Source of the DNA: a virus
Virus record (IMG/VR): IMGVR_UViG_3300020205_002848
Location: 14,561-78,560 of that record
Strand: one strand, 5' to 3'
Length of the DNA: 64,000 nt
Shown one piece after another: positions 19,745-30,044 of the stretch. Each line of letters begins with the position of its first letter. Within the stretch, counting starts at the first letter, position 1. The position numbers were made by a program, and so were the translations under genes. The notes beneath the pieces were generated by a model that was not told the DNA's origin, made no database searches, and saw only the letters and a program-made list of their open reading frames with translations.

Positions 19745-22700
19745 ATGAATTATAATTTAACAGGAGTCACGGCCTCTCAATCATATGGTAGATTGGTACA
19801 AGTAGAATTAGGAACACCCAATTCTTTTTATGATGGGTTTGGTAACCCAATATCAATTGGGGGAGTCGGTCCAACTGGATCACCTGGACCTGCTGGTCCA
19901 ACATTTTTAGTTGGTAACGCAGGGGATAATAGAGTAATGACTTCAGTGGGTACAAATTCAGCATATGCTGAATCTAATTTAACATTTGATGGATCGACCT
20001 TGAATGTAGTTGGTGATATAACAAGTACTTCTGTTAATACAGATTCACTTGGTGTTGATTACTTAGACGCATATCATGGGACATTTTCAACAGTTGATAC
20101 ATCTTACTTATATACTGATAGTTTAGTAATCAATAGTATTTCTTCTACTTCGAGTTTGACTAGTTATTTAGTAATTGATGGGAGTGGAAATGTTTATTCA
20201 CAAGTAGGTATTATAGGTGGTTCTGGATCGAATGGATCAAGTGGGACTTCTGGATCAAACGGACTTGATGGATCAAGTGGAACATCTGGATCAAACGGAT
20301 CTGATGGACTTGATGGATCAAGTGGAACATCTGGGTCTAACGGAATTGATGGACTTGATGGATCAAGTGGAACTAGTGGATATAACGGAATTGATGGATC
20401 AAGTGGAACTAGTGGATCTAACGGAATTGATGGATCGAGTGGGACATCTGGATCAAACGGATCTGATGGACTTGATGGATCGAGTGGAACATCTGGATCA
20501 AATGGAATTGATGGATCAAGTGGAACAAGTGGATCTAACGGAATTGATGGATCATCTGGGACATCTGGGTCAAACGGAATTGATGGATCAAGTGGAACAA
20601 GTGGGTCAAACGGAATTGATGGATCAAGTGGAACAAGTGGGTCAAACGGAATCGATGGAACTTCAGGGACAAGTGGATCAAACGGAATTGATGGATCATC
20701 GGGAACAAGTGGTGTTAATGGATCATCCGGAACAAGTGGATCAAGCGGAACTGGGTTTAACTCAATTATAAATCCAACTGATTATAGAATATTGACATCT
20801 ACTGGGTCTTCTACGAATTCAGCATTGGCTAATACAGGATTAACTTATGATGGTAATACATTCTCTGTTCATGGGGGTACTATTGACTCAGTTAAATATG
20901 TTGATTTTGGTGAGTATGCAATATCAGCGACTAAAACAGGTAGAACTTTCTTTGATGAAACTGACAAAGCTCTATCTTATTTCCCTGATACTGGTCAAGA
21001 TGTCTTGGTTAAAACCGGTCAGCAATTATATACAAGAGTTTATAATAACTCTGGAATTTCAATACCAAAGGGGTCAGCTGTTAAGATATTATCAGCTTCT
21101 GGTAGTTTACCTTGTGCTACTTTAGCATTGGCTACACATACTGTTAATAATCAAGTTTTAGGACTAGCCGCTTCAGATATTCCAAATTTAGGAGCAGGTT
21201 TAATTTTAAATAAAGGTATATTAAGAGGAATTGCTATAAATACATTTAGTGTAAATGATATTGTATACTTATCAGATACTATACCAGGTGGGTATACAAA
21301 AACCCTATCTGTTTTACCAGGTGCGATAACCCCTAGAACAAATCAAATAGGGTATATTTTAGCTACTGGTTCAACAACTGGTGAAATATATGTTGATGTG
21401 GTTAATGAACCAGTTAGTTTAAGTTTAACTAATATTGAGAGAAATATATTAGAGGGTAATGTTATTTCAACTGGGGCTTACGCTTTCGGTGGTATAACAC
21501 AAACATCAGGGACTACGTTTACTATTGGTACTGTTAGTGCTTGGATAGTTCAAAATACTTATGAGTATGCAACATTACCCGATGTTATTAATGTTCAATA
21601 TCCTATGACTACTGGGTTGACAAGTTCTTATATAAATACAGCGGATTCAACTTATTTACTATTAACTCGCACATCTTCTATTACACAACAAGGGACTTTT
21701 CCAACACCTCAACAAAGAAGAGAGAATGTATATTTAGGAAAAATAACACACCCCAATAGATCATCATTCCAGAATGTTAATAATTCAGCGGATTATGATG
21801 TTTCCCCAATGTCGTCGCTAAGAGACTTATGGGCACCAATTAAACTTATCAATGATGGTATTGTTGTTTCTTCAAATGCTGCTAATTTAACTATTAAAAC
21901 ATCATATGGTAAATTATGGGGTAATGGTATTAACTTCCAATTAAATGAATTAGATCCAAATAGTTTGGTTATATCAGCAACCACACCATCAACATTCCAA
22001 TATAGAACACAAACCGGTGGCACTTTCAGTAATACTACTAATATAGACCCTGGATTCTATGACTTAGCTGGAGTGAGAACTGCTATTCCTGGTTCATCAT
22101 CAAGAGCTAGTAATCAAAGAATCTATCTATTCCCAACTGGAATAATTAGAATTCAGTATGGCCAACAATGGTATGCTAATTTAACAGATGCTGTTACTGG
22201 TTTGGAAGGTGAGACATTTATAGAATATCCTAATAATAAAGAATCTGGTATACTAATAGGAATTTTAAGTGTTGTGAAGGGAGCGACCAATTTACAAACT
22301 ATCGCAGATGCTAAATTTCAATTTGTTTCTAAGTTTGGTGAATTATTAGGGGGGACCGGTGGTTTATCAACAACGACATTACAACAAGCTTATGATAACT
22401 CTACTAGTCCTGAAATATTAACAGATTCTACATTGGGTGCAGTTACATTCAAAAGAGGAAGTACATCCGATAGTGATAATGTTATTGAGGTTTTAAGTGG
22501 ATCTAATGGTGTTACTTTTAGTGTAACTGGTCATGGTAAAACAACTACAAATACTTTATCAATTAAAGGAATCGGTTCAACATCATCAGCAACTAAATAT
22601 ATGGTTGTTGATGATAGTGGTGATACTTACTACCAAACTACAAATATTGGATCAATTGGGGCTACTGGGGCAACTGGATTAGGGGGAGCTTTGGGTAATT

Positions 22701-23443
22701 ATGGAGCATTTTATGATACAGCAACACAATTAAACCCAACGGCTAGTACTGCAATGCCAATGTATATTAACTCTACTTTTGAAAGTAATGGAGTTTCATT
22801 AGCAAACGGTTCGAAAATGTTATTTAGTAACCCAGGAACTTATAATATTCAATTCTCAACTGTTTTTAATAAGTCTAATTCATCTTCTGGATTGGTTGAT
22901 ATATGGTTTTCAAAAAATGGACAATATATAACTCAATCGAATACATCATTTAATATCGCTGGACAAGCAAATACAATAGCATCTTGGAATTTTATAAACA
23001 CAGTAAATGCAAATGATTATATAGAATTATATTGGAGTTCACCTGATACAACTATATCTATAGTTCCTACCGGGACACAATCAAACCCAACAAGACCAGC
23101 TGTACCTTCTGTTATATTAACTGCTCAACAAGTTATGTACACACAAACAGGACCAAGTTACTATTCTACAGCAACTGCTAGTTCAGTTACTTATAGTGTT
23201 GTTTTAGACCTAGAGCCAACTCAATATATTGGGGTTACATATTCTACAGCTTCTACTATACATATACCTAATTCAACACAAGATGGGAAAGTAGTAATAG
23301 TAAAAGATGAGTCTGGGTTAGCTTCATTGAATAATATTACAATAGAGGCTTCTAAAATAGATTCGGGTACACAATCTTTAATTTCTTCAAATCATGGACA
23401 TGTTAATTTAATGTGGAGAGGGAGTACTTGGTGGATAATTTAA
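19745..23443 (+). CDS. tail fibre-like protein with Gly-X-Y (GSSGTS) repeats
   Basis: 1232 aa, T/S/G-rich, collagen-like repeats, late motif at 19727. Confidence 0.75.
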   Translation: MNYNLTGVTASQSYGRLVQVELGTPNSFYDGFGNPISIGGVGPTGSPGPAGPTFLVGNAGDNRVMTSVGTNSAYAESNLTFDGSTLNVVGDITSTSVNTDSLGVDYLDAYHGTFSTVDTSYLYTDSLVINSISSTSSLTSYLVIDGSGNVYSQVGIIGGSGSNGSSGTSGSNGLDGSSGTSGSNGSDGLDGSSGTSGSNGIDGLDGSSGTSGYNGIDGSSGTSGSNGIDGSSGTSGSNGSDGLDGSSGTSGSNGIDGSSGTSGSNGIDGSSGTSGSNGIDGSSGTSGSNGIDGSSGTSGSNGIDGTSGTSGSNGIDGSSGTSGVNGSSGTSGSSGTGFNSIINPTDYRILTSTGSSTNSALANTGLTYDGNTFSVHGGTIDSVKYVDFGEYAISATKTGRTFFDETDKALSYFPDTGQDVLVKTGQQLYTRVYNNSGISIPKGSAVKILSASGSLPCATLALATHTVNNQVLGLAASDIPNLGAGLILNKGILRGIAINTFSVNDIVYLSDTIPGGYTKTLSVLPGAITPRTNQIGYILATGSTTGEIYVDVVNEPVSLSLTNIERNILEGNVISTGAYAFGGITQTSGTTFTIGTVSAWIVQNTYEYATLPDVINVQYPMTTGLTSSYINTADSTYLLLTRTSSITQQGTFPTPQQRRENVYLGKITHPNRSSFQNVNNSADYDVSPMSSLRDLWAPIKLINDGIVVSSNAANLTIKTSYGKLWGNGINFQLNELDPNSLVISATTPSTFQYRTQTGGTFSNTTNIDPGFYDLAGVRTAIPGSSSRASNQRIYLFPTGIIRIQYGQQWYANLTDAVTGLEGETFIEYPNNKESGILIGILSVVKGATNLQTIADAKFQFVSKFGELLGGTGGLSTTTLQQAYDNSTSPEILTDSTLGAVTFKRGSTSDSDNVIEVLSGSNGVTFSVTGHGKTTTNTLSIKGIGSTSSATKYMVVDDSGDTYYQTTNIGSIGATGATGLGGALGNYGAFYDTATQLNPTASTAMPMYINSTFESNGVSLANGSKMLFSNPGTYNIQFSTVFNKSNSSSGLVDIWFSKNGQYITQSNTSFNIAGQANTIASWNFINTVNANDYIELYWSSPDTTISIVPTGTQSNPTRPAVPSVILTAQQVMYTQTGPSYYSTATASSVTYSVVLDLEPTQYIGVTYSTASTIHIPNSTQDGKVVIVKDESGLASLNNITIEASKIDSGTQSLISSNHGHVNLMWRGSTWWII
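20218..20754 (+). repeat. coding tandem repeat, 36-nt unit (GSSGTSGSNGID)
   Basis: more than 10 imperfect copies, some with an extra GLD/GSD triplet. Confidence 0.9.
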
Positions 23444-23498
23444 ATAGATTTGATTGTGGTTTTAAAAATATACTTTTTACTACCACAATCAAGTAAAT

Positions 23499-24695
23499 TT
23501 ATAATTTGTTAAAATTATCAAATTTCCTATTATATTCATTATTCTCATCTATATTCTTTTTCTTTCTAAATTTAGGAATCCATTTTATATCCAAAATGTC
23601 AGAACTGAAGAATTCTTCCAATACTAACTTCTTATAAGGATCTTCAACTAATTGAGCTAATTTATTTATATCTTTAACTTTACTTATTCTATGAAGAAGA
23701 CTATATGGGTCTTTTGAATTCTTTTTATCAACAATATCTTCAAATAATTTTCTCCATAAGAAAATGGGATAACCTTCTTTAAGTTTTTCTTCAGATTTTT
23801 TATAACCAGCTTCATCATTATCAAAAAAGTATTGAATATCCAACTCATTATTCTCAAGGAAAGTATAATCAGTATTTACACCCACCAGTCCAATAGAATT
23901 TGGATAAAATAAAGAATCTAAATAACCCTCAAATACAGTAAGTCTATCCATTAAATCAACATTTAAAATATTGAAATAATATGAAAGTTTATTGTAAACA
24001 ACAATCTGTGATATATCCATATCGACTATATTTTCCCTACCTATATTAGTCCATTCTAAAAGATTTTCATAATTGTAAATCTTAAACATACGCCTCTTAC
24101 CCTCTTTAAGATTACGGACTTGCATACCCAAAACTTTAGTATCTCTACGATTTAACATAATTATAATCCACTCTGATTCATCTTCATTCTTCCAATACTT
24201 TGCTTGGTAAATATTTTTATGAAATTCAGGTGGGATTCCCCTACCAATTAAATACTTATAAACACCACCATTTACTACAATAGGTTTAAAGTCTGTTATA
24301 GGGGTTAATTCTTGACTAAATACTCTTTCCAACTCTGATAACTCTATCAAGTCATCAAATTTAGCATCAACAAAGTCACCAGCATAATCAGAATAGGTCA
24401 TAACACTATTTAAGTGTTCTATCATTTCAAGCTTCTTGTCAGGGTCTAATTGTTCATTGAAATCTTTGCAGAGTTTATCTAAAGTTGTTCTTCTATCACA
24501 ATTAAAACAGATGAAAAATAATTTATTAAAGTATAAGTTACCCCGCTTTGCGTATTTATTTTTACCGGAATCACCACAACAAGGACAGCAAAAGTTTAGC
24601 CTATCATTATAGACTACTATTTTTCTACGAGTAGGGTCTGAAAATTCTTTATTTAAAATGTTCTGAATTAACCCTGTTACATAAACCTTATCCAT
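23499..24695 (-). CDS. DNA primase (T4 gp61-like)
   Basis: NFCCPCCGDS...KRG...CFNC Zn domain; TOPRIM VFEGYLDSLF, FFDNDEAG, KDIN. Confidence 0.9.
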   Translation of the reverse strand: MDKVYVTGLIQNILNKEFSDPTRRKIVVYNDRLNFCCPCCGDSGKNKYAKRGNLYFNKLFFICFNCDRRTTLDKLCKDFNEQLDPDKKLEMIEHLNSVMTYSDYAGDFVDAKFDDLIELSELERVFSQELTPITDFKPIVVNGGVYKYLIGRGIPPEFHKNIYQAKYWKNEDESEWIIIMLNRRDTKVLGMQVRNLKEGKRRMFKIYNYENLLEWTNIGRENIVDMDISQIVVYNKLSYYFNILNVDLMDRLTVFEGYLDSLFYPNSIGLVGVNTDYTFLENNELDIQYFFDNDEAGYKKSEEKLKEGYPIFLWRKLFEDIVDKKNSKDPYSLLHRISKVKDINKLAQLVEDPYKKLVLEEFFSSDILDIKWIPKFRKKKNIDENNEYNRKFDNFNKL

Positions 24696-24814
24696 TTTTA
24701 TAATTTTTTAATCATATGTATTATTATTCATATAATAAATATCACACTCCCAATTTTATAGATTGGTAAAAGAAGTAAGTTTAAATCAAAAAAATTAATT
24801 AGTATATTTATATT

Positions 24815-25072
24815 ATGAGAACATTAAAAGAGTTATATGATTTGGGGTTAGATGTCAGAGATTCTGATATCCCAAAAATCTGGAAAGAAAGTTTTGAAAA
24901 ATTCATTTTTGGATCTACCTGCCAAGTTGAAACCAATGAAGATGGATCAATTAGAGAATTTATATACTATGGGTCTGATTTCCGTCATTGGTATTACCAA
25001 AATAAAGAAGTTATCGAGAGGGATATTAAAATAGATGAATTATTAGATAATAAAAAAAGTCCTCTTATTTAG
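24815..25072 (+). CDS. hypothetical protein with RDxKI motif
   Basis: IERDIKIDELL. Confidence 0.65.
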   Translation: MRTLKELYDLGLDVRDSDIPKIWKESFEKFIFGSTCQVETNEDGSIREFIYYGSDFRHWYYQNKEVIERDIKIDELLDNKKSPLI

Positions 25073-25084
25073 AGGACTTTTTTT
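25052..25084. terminator. bidirectional terminator
   Basis: AAAAAAAGTCCTC...GAGGACTTTTTT between convergent genes. Confidence 0.7.
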
Positions 25085-26240
25085 GTTTATTTGTTTCTTT
25101 TATTTCTTTTCTCATTTCTTTCGAATTTCTAGCCAGATAATCTACTTGTCTTTTAAATTGATTATAAAAGTCATCCTGTCTATTTTCAGGACCAGATGGG
25201 TTTAATCTACCAGTCATATTACCAAATTGAGTACAAGTAAGTACTGAACTTTCAAGACCAGTTGATTGATTTGAAGTTTCAACTATTTTGTTGAAATTTT
25301 TGAAACTTTTTACAATTGACTCTTTTTTATAAATTGTTGTTTGGGTTTCATCTCCACCTGTATCAAATAAATAAAACTCTTTTACATTTGAGTAAGTCTC
25401 ATTATGAAGTTCTTTCAAAACCTCATCCATGTGTCCGACATTCCCTGGATCATCATCAGAAAATCCAACTTTAGCAACCACTTTCCAATTTTCACCGCTC
25501 TTATTAAAATCCTCTTCTAATTCTTTTGCATAATTATCACATTTTTTAACAAATTCTAAGAAAGCATCTTCTTTTGATTTCTCTGGGTTGTCTGGTTTTC
25601 CTCCTCTTGATGGAGCAGATACTCCTATAAATTGACATTGATCTAAATAATCATTTATTAAATCATCATCTGATTTAATAGGTTGATTGAATAAGTGAGA
25701 ATACATTTTTAAATGATCCATCATACTCGCTCTTTCTGTTGGACTAAATTTACTTATTATAAACTCAACTCCTTCTCTCATAGGTCCTGAATTATTATTA
25801 GGCCCAGATTCGTGTCCTCTAGCGGTGATTATAGAAAAAAGAGAACCAGTTGTAAGACATTTTTTGAATTTATCATAAGATTTTGCGAACATTCTATTGT
25901 TTATCGCTTTTTCAACATCTTTAACAAAGATTTTTGGTTCAACCTCATCTCTAAAATATCTAAATGAATCTTTTGCGTATCCAGTTATAACTTGACCATT
26001 ATATTCAAAATTTTCAACACCTATAATTGAACGGTATTCCGCGAAATCTTGAGTAGACATTCCTACTTCTTCACCTTTATCATTTGAAAGAAATATTTCA
26101 GTTGGCATATGTAGTATATTATCATCCCAGTCAAATGCATAATAAAGCAATTCATATACTTTATAATCTGAACCAGAAGCATCTTGAAATTGACCTTCTC
26201 TATACTCTTCTTTAAGGTATTGATTAAACTTTTTAATCAT
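25065..26240 (-). CDS. HAD-superfamily-like protein with capsid-targeting-like N-terminus
   Basis: YYAFDWDDNI, IITARGH, GFSDDD; MIKKFNQYLKEE. Confidence 0.7.
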   Translation of the reverse strand: MIKKFNQYLKEEYREGQFQDASGSDYKVYELLYYAFDWDDNILHMPTEIFLSNDKGEEVGMSTQDFAEYRSIIGVENFEYNGQVITGYAKDSFRYFRDEVEPKIFVKDVEKAINNRMFAKSYDKFKKCLTTGSLFSIITARGHESGPNNNSGPMREGVEFIISKFSPTERASMMDHLKMYSHLFNQPIKSDDDLINDYLDQCQFIGVSAPSRGGKPDNPEKSKEDAFLEFVKKCDNYAKELEEDFNKSGENWKVVAKVGFSDDDPGNVGHMDEVLKELHNETYSNVKEFYLFDTGGDETQTTIYKKESIVKSFKNFNKIVETSNQSTGLESSVLTCTQFGNMTGRLNPSGPENRQDDFYNQFKRQVDYLARNSKEMRKEIKETNKQKKSSK

Positions 26241-26246
26241 TTTAGG

Positions 26247-26573
26247 TTATTTTTTTTTGTTTAAAAATGATTGGAAAGATTCTAAAGCGGAACCTTCTAC
26301 TCTTTTCTCATCTTCTTCTTCTTGAGACTCATCTTCATCTTCATCTTCATCATCTTCTTGAGACTCTTCTTGACCAAAATCTTCTTCTTCTTGACCAAAT
26401 TGACCAAATCCTTGAACTTCATCATTATCAGACTCTTCACCTTCTTCACCTTCTTCGATTTCGATTGTGAATTCTTCGATAACTTCTTCGTCTTTAGTAG
26501 CATTAACAGAGATAACACCTTCTAATTCTTCGATACTTATTACATATCCGTTTATTTCAACACTAGTTTTCAT
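26247..26573 (-). CDS. highly acidic small protein
   Basis: E/D-rich; C-terminal LESFQSFLNKKK; late motif at 26592. Confidence 0.7.
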   Translation of the reverse strand: MKTSVEINGYVISIEELEGVISVNATKDEEVIEEFTIEIEEGEEGEESDNDEVQGFGQFGQEEEDFGQEESQEDDEDEDEDESQEEEDEKRVEGSALESFQSFLNKKK

Positions 26574-26665
26574 ATTTTCTATTTTTTTTATTATATATTA
26601 AAATCCAATATCGCTTTTATATAAAACTTTATCTATTTTTTTTATAAAAAACAAAAACTATTAAC

Positions 26666-27328
26666 ATGAATAAGGACTTAAATAAATTTCTAAATAGTCA
26701 ATCAATATCAAGTACATTTCAAAATGATTATTTTAAAAAAATGCAAATACGAAATTCAACAGCTAATCTCCTAGAAAGTAATGGGATGCCAGTTGATATT
26801 TTCTCAAAACTTTTAGATGATAGAATTATCTTTCTTACTGATGAGGTTGATTCCGATATCTGTAATATAATCAAAGCTCAATTGCTTTATTTAGATATGG
26901 AAAGCTCTGATGATATATCAATTTATTTAGACACTCCAGGTGGATCTGTTTATTCAGGATTGGGACTTTTAGATGTTATGGATTATATAAAATGTGATAT
27001 ATCAACTGTCAATACAGGACTTGCTGCATCGATGGGCGCTGTCATTCTATGTTCTGGTACAAAGGGGAAAAGAAAAGCTCTTAAAAGAAGTAGGACAATG
27101 ATCCATCAACCGATGAGTTACGGTGGTTATGTTCAACAAGCCTCTGATATGGAAATTGAAGCAAAAGAAATGAACTCACTTAAAAAGGAATTATATGAGA
27201 TAATTTCAGACAGAACTGGTCAAAATTATGATAGAGTTTATAAAGATGGTGATAGAGATTATTGGATGTCTTCACAAGATGCTAAGAAGTATGGAATGAT
27301 TGATGAAATCGTGGTAAAAAGAAAGTAA
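26666..27328 (+). CDS. clpP: ATP-dependent Clp protease proteolytic subunit
   Basis: DIFSKLLDDRIIFL, TPGGSV, GLAASMG, MIHQP, DRDYWMS. Confidence 0.95.
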   Translation: MNKDLNKFLNSQSISSTFQNDYFKKMQIRNSTANLLESNGMPVDIFSKLLDDRIIFLTDEVDSDICNIIKAQLLYLDMESSDDISIYLDTPGGSVYSGLGLLDVMDYIKCDISTVNTGLAASMGAVILCSGTKGKRKALKRSRTMIHQPMSYGGYVQQASDMEIEAKEMNSLKKELYEIISDRTGQNYDRVYKDGDRDYWMSSQDAKKYGMIDEIVVKRK

Positions 27329-27329
27329 A

Positions 27330-28079
27330 ATGATAAATAAAATATTTAACGAGAGTAATTTAGAAACTATGTTAAAAATTACAGATAAGTCAATTTCTGG
27401 AATTATAACATCACCACCTTATAACATCACCTCTAAAAGAAAGGATGGTTACTATAATAATGGATATTCTGATATGGATAATCTAACCCCAGATGAGTAT
27501 TTAGAAGTAAGAACAAATGAGTTTAAAGAATTTTCTAGAATAATGGAAGATAAAGGTGTTATTTGTTATAACATATCATATCATAATGAGAATCCGATTC
27601 TACCAACTTTATTGATTGCTAAAATTCATAATGATACAGACCTAACAGTTGCTGATATTATAACTTGGAAGAAACCAGTTGCAATTCCATTTGCGACAAG
27701 TCCAACTAAGCTATCAAGGATATGTGAGTTGATTTATGTTATTGTTAAAAAGGATCATTTACATGATTTCATGACAAATAAAGAAATTAGTTCGGTTAGT
27801 AAAAAGACGGGTCAGACTTTTTATAAAAATTACCAAAATATAATTGAAGCCAAAAACAATGATGGTGTTAATTGTAAATTGAAAGCTTCTTTTTCAGAAG
27901 ACTTAGTCAATAAACTACTTAATATTTATTTCCCTATTGGTTCGACTATTTACGACCCGTTTATGGGCATATCGACAACTGCTAGAGCTTGTGAAAAGTC
28001 AGGTAGAAACTTTATAGGATCTGAATTAGACAAAGAACACTTTGAAATCGGATTAGAAACACTTAAAGAAAAAGTTTAA
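27330..28079 (+). CDS. DNA methyltransferase (N4-C/N6-A, beta class)
   Basis: ITSPPY, YDPFMGISTT, FIGSEL. Confidence 0.9.
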   Translation: MINKIFNESNLETMLKITDKSISGIITSPPYNITSKRKDGYYNNGYSDMDNLTPDEYLEVRTNEFKEFSRIMEDKGVICYNISYHNENPILPTLLIAKIHNDTDLTVADIITWKKPVAIPFATSPTKLSRICELIYVIVKKDHLHDFMTNKEISSVSKKTGQTFYKNYQNIIEAKNNDGVNCKLKASFSEDLVNKLLNIYFPIGSTIYDPFMGISTTARACEKSGRNFIGSELDKEHFEIGLETLKEKV

Positions 28080-28083
28080 GCAT

Positions 28084-28116
28084 AAAAAAACCACTCAAAT
28101 AATTTGAGTGGTTTTA
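28084..28116. terminator. bidirectional terminator
   Basis: AAAACCACTCAAAT/ATTTGAGTGGTTTT. Confidence 0.8.
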
Positions 28117-28132
28117 ATTTTTTCAGTAGAAA

Positions 28133-28462
28133 TTACTCACCTTGTTTTTTAGGTCTTGGTTTTCTACGAGTTTTAGCTTTAGGTTTTTTCTCACCTTCAA
28201 CCTCTTCAACTTTAGGTTGTTCAACTTTAGTAGATTTAACATTAGCCTTTATTTCTTTAGCTGTTACCTTTTCTTCTTCAACTTTAGGTTGAGCAGCTTT
28301 AGGTTGAGCAGCTTTAGGCTTTCTTTGAGTTTTAGGTTGTTCAGCTTTAGGAGCTTCATTCTTAACCTCATTCTTAACAACAGGAGATTTTTCAATACTC
28401 ACTGTTTCCACTTTAGTTTGATCCTTACCAAAACTAAAAAATCTTTTGATAGATTCCCACAT
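28133..28462 (-). CDS. Lys/Pro-rich low-complexity protein
   Basis: PKAAQ repeats, basic tail, amphipathic N-terminus. Confidence 0.65.
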   Translation of the reverse strand: MWESIKRFFSFGKDQTKVETVSIEKSPVVKNEVKNEAPKAEQPKTQRKPKAAQPKAAQPKVEEEKVTAKEIKANVKSTKVEQPKVEEVEGEKKPKAKTRRKPRPKKQGE

Positions 28463-28563
28463 AATTAGATTTATTTTTTTTGTATATATAGAAAATATTC
28501 ATCTCCCTATATAAAAAACCACAAAAAATTCGATGAAAAGATGGATTTTTTATATATAAATTT

Positions 28564-30036
28564 ATGAAATTTAGATATGACAAAGAAACCGAAGAGATAG
28601 TAGTATCAGAAGCTTCAAGAATTGAATATCACCAATTAGAAATTTGGTTGACTCGTCATGTCAAGGGATATAAGTATATGCCGGCATTTAAAATGGGAGT
28701 TTGGAATGGACAACAAACATATTTTAGAAACGGTAGATTCAATCTAGGACTTTGGAAAGAAGCTATGAGGGGTTGTAAAGAAATAGAAATGCCTTTTATA
28801 CTTGAAAACAAAAATGATTTTCCACTTAATAGAGATGTTACTTTAGAAGGGGTTAAAGAATTTTGTAAAGATTTTTTTAAAGAACATAAAGTTAGAACAA
28901 AAGATGGTCAATGGATACCATTTGCTCCATATGATCATCAAATAGAATCTGCTTATAAAATTCTTAAAAATAGATATTGCATGGCAGAGGTAGCAACATC
29001 AGGTGGTAAATCTCTAATAATATCTATTGTCATGTTTTACACATTGAAAAATATAGACGAAACTGCTAAATTTTTAATTATTGTACCATCAATAACTTTA
29101 GTAACACAATTTTATGATAATATAATAGAATATAATTATGGTATTAATAACTTATTGGAGATGAGAGAAAAAGAATCTGACCACATTTTAACCGGTACTC
29201 ACTTACCATGTGATGTTAGAGTTGAAGAGGTTATGTCAGAGAGACCTAGAAAATTCTCAGGTACACAAAATGCTAATGTTTATGTTGGTACTTATCAATC
29301 ATTAGAGAAATGGCCAAAAGAGTTTTTTCAACAATTTCACACAGTTGTAACAGATGAGGCACATGGGGCTAAAGCAAAAACAATTACTACTATTCTAGAG
29401 AATACTTTCAAACATGCTTACTCGAGATTTGGAGTTTCTGGTACATTTCCAGAAGATGATACTTGTGAAATATTAACAATACAATCAGTGTTGGGTCCAA
29501 AAATAACAGAGGTCTCTGCTAATGAATTAAAAGAAAAGGGAATTATAACACCTATGGAAATAAAAGCTGTTATAATGAATCACAATGACTTAGAATTTGA
29601 TGAGAGAATGACTATTATTAAAAGAAGTGGTAATGGTAAAGATGCTTTCGAATTGGAAAAACAATACATACATGCTTCTGATAGAAGATTGGACTTTATT
29701 AAAAAAATAGTTGATAAATGTGATTCAAATACTTTACTACTTTTTCACACAATTGAATATGGTCAAAGAATATTTAATAAACTAAAAGAGGATCTACCTG
29801 ATAAAGAATTTTACTATATTGATGGTGAGGTTTCTGGTAAAAAAAGAGAAGTAATTAAAAAGGAAATGGAAATAACCAAAGAGAAAGTCGAATATACGAT
29901 TTTGAATTTTGGTGATTATGAGATTGAGTTTAAATCAGACTTTAAAATATTACTAAGTGATGGATTATTTAAAAAAGCATGTGATATATCACCAGATGAT
30001 GATATTGATGATGATTTTATAAATAAATATAAATAA
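28564..30036 (+). CDS. uvsW: UvsW-like SF2 helicase, N-terminal part (motifs I-IV) ending in an intein-like tail
   Basis: PYDHQ, ATSGGKS, VPSITLVTQ, TDEAH, GVSGT, YIDGEV. Confidence 0.9.
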   Translation: MKFRYDKETEEIVVSEASRIEYHQLEIWLTRHVKGYKYMPAFKMGVWNGQQTYFRNGRFNLGLWKEAMRGCKEIEMPFILENKNDFPLNRDVTLEGVKEFCKDFFKEHKVRTKDGQWIPFAPYDHQIESAYKILKNRYCMAEVATSGGKSLIISIVMFYTLKNIDETAKFLIIVPSITLVTQFYDNIIEYNYGINNLLEMREKESDHILTGTHLPCDVRVEEVMSERPRKFSGTQNANVYVGTYQSLEKWPKEFFQQFHTVVTDEAHGAKAKTITTILENTFKHAYSRFGVSGTFPEDDTCEILTIQSVLGPKITEVSANELKEKGIITPMEIKAVIMNHNDLEFDERMTIIKRSGNGKDAFELEKQYIHASDRRLDFIKKIVDKCDSNTLLLFHTIEYGQRIFNKLKEDLPDKEFYYIDGEVSGKKREVIKKEMEITKEKVEYTILNFGDYEIEFKSDFKILLSDGLFKKACDISPDDDIDDDFINKYK

Positions 30037-30044
30037 ATATAAAT

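Noticed and set aside
20217-20771. CRISPR-like array or alternative-frame protein in the 36-nt repeats
   Set aside because: No unique spacers; variation is mostly at synonymous positions of the Gly-X-Y frame
27330-28079. Complete restriction-modification system
   Set aside because: No adjacent endonuclease; treated as an orphan MTase
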